NCBI GenBank assembly: GCA_015062015.1
Contig: SUVM01000001.1
Coordinates: forward strand, 1-57,914
Direction of reading: 5' to 3'
Length of the DNA: 57,914 nucleotides
Origin: Akkermansiaceae bacterium
GTDB lineage: Bacteria; Verrucomicrobiota; Verrucomicrobiia; Verrucomicrobiales; Akkermansiaceae
Shown: one piece after another, positions 57,462 to 57,914 of the stretch
Numbering within the stretch: the first letter of the stretch is position 1
Layout of the letters: every line of letters starts with the position of its first letter
Notes under the pieces: model-generated
Told to the model about the DNA's origin: nothing
Seen by the model: the letters and a program-made list of their open reading frames with translations, nothing else
Database searches by the model: none
Translations under genes and position numbers: made by a program

Positions 57462-57914
57462 ATGAAACATTATTTGATTGCCGGGGCCGACCAGGGAGTT
57501 GGTAAAACTTACGTTATTTGTGCGTTATTGCGTGCGTTGAAGGCAGCCGGAGTATCCGCTGCCGGGTTTAAGCCGGTAACTTGTGGGGACCGTACCGAAG
57601 TGCGCGAAATGAGAGACGCCATGCAAGAGCCCACGCTGAGTCTGGAGCTGCTTAACCCCGTGTATTTGCGTAGCCAGGCAGACCCGCAGACGGCTGCTAT
57701 GTTGGAGCGCACGGCCATAGAGGTAGATGCCTTGGTTACGGCTTGGCAAAGCCTGACGCAGAAATATGACATTGTTTTAACGGAAGGCTGCTATGGTTGG
57801 CTTACTCCGTTGGCCCCCGGCGTTACCATGCAGGATTTTGCGCAACGCCTTGGCGTGCCGGTACTGCTGGTGTTGGAAAACCGCAAGGGGGCTGCATCCT
57901 TGGCGGCCTTAACG
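57462..57914 (+). CDS. bioD: Dethiobiotin synthase (3' truncated by the window edge)
   Basis: Not in the ORF track; translates MKHYLIAGADQGVGKT...GFKPVTCG...VLTEGCYG. Confidence 0.85.
   Translation, partial: MKHYLIAGADQGVGKTYVICALLRALKAAGVSAAGFKPVTCGDRTEVREMRDAMQEPTLSLELLNPVYLRSQADPQTAAMLERTAIEVDALVTAWQSLTQKYDIVLTEGCYGWLTPLAPGVTMQDFAQRLGVPVLLVLENRKGAASLAALT

Overview
A 57.9-kb, gene-dense chromosomal segment that is mostly housekeeping. Gene content suggests a Verrucomicrobiota bacterium, probably Akkermansia-like (inference): a Minf_1886-type Verrucomicrobia/Planctomycetes protein, RNase HIII, lpxD/skp, bactofilin, PTS EI+HPr without an EII, and rpoN. The window opens in the 3' end of a probable ISL3-family transposase. 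It then carries a 3D-domain protein, two paralogous Sel1-repeat proteins, hemW, nagB, tRNA-Thr and two identical tRNA-Lys genes, HU, rnhC, an ABC transporter/FAD oxidase/agmatine deiminase cluster and recN with an orphan hsdS. The rest contains pyrD, lpxD-skp, hisS-ptsH-ptsI, an AsmA-like protein, nusA-infB-rbfA, argD-pyrH-frr-bactofilin, recF-plsC-cmk-rpoN, CDF and CorA metal transporters, argB-nadK, amidase-recG, aroK-hemB, cdaA and a truncated bioD. I saw no CRISPR array, prophage or complete defence island, and no unambiguous new multi-gene system. The best leads are: (1) a solitary hsdS starting a few nucleotides after the recN stop; (2) about 12 sigma70-type promoters placed for leaderless or near-leaderless mRNAs; (3) a membrane-anchor-only CdaR-like peptide after cdaA; (4) an ABC permease with a degenerate internal duplication; (5) an uncharacterised helical module shared by two exported hypothetical proteins; (6) a sigma54-like site before pyrH-frr; (7) a rimP-leader-type attenuator before nusA with rimP absent. 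All calls come from reading motifs by eye, with no database searches.
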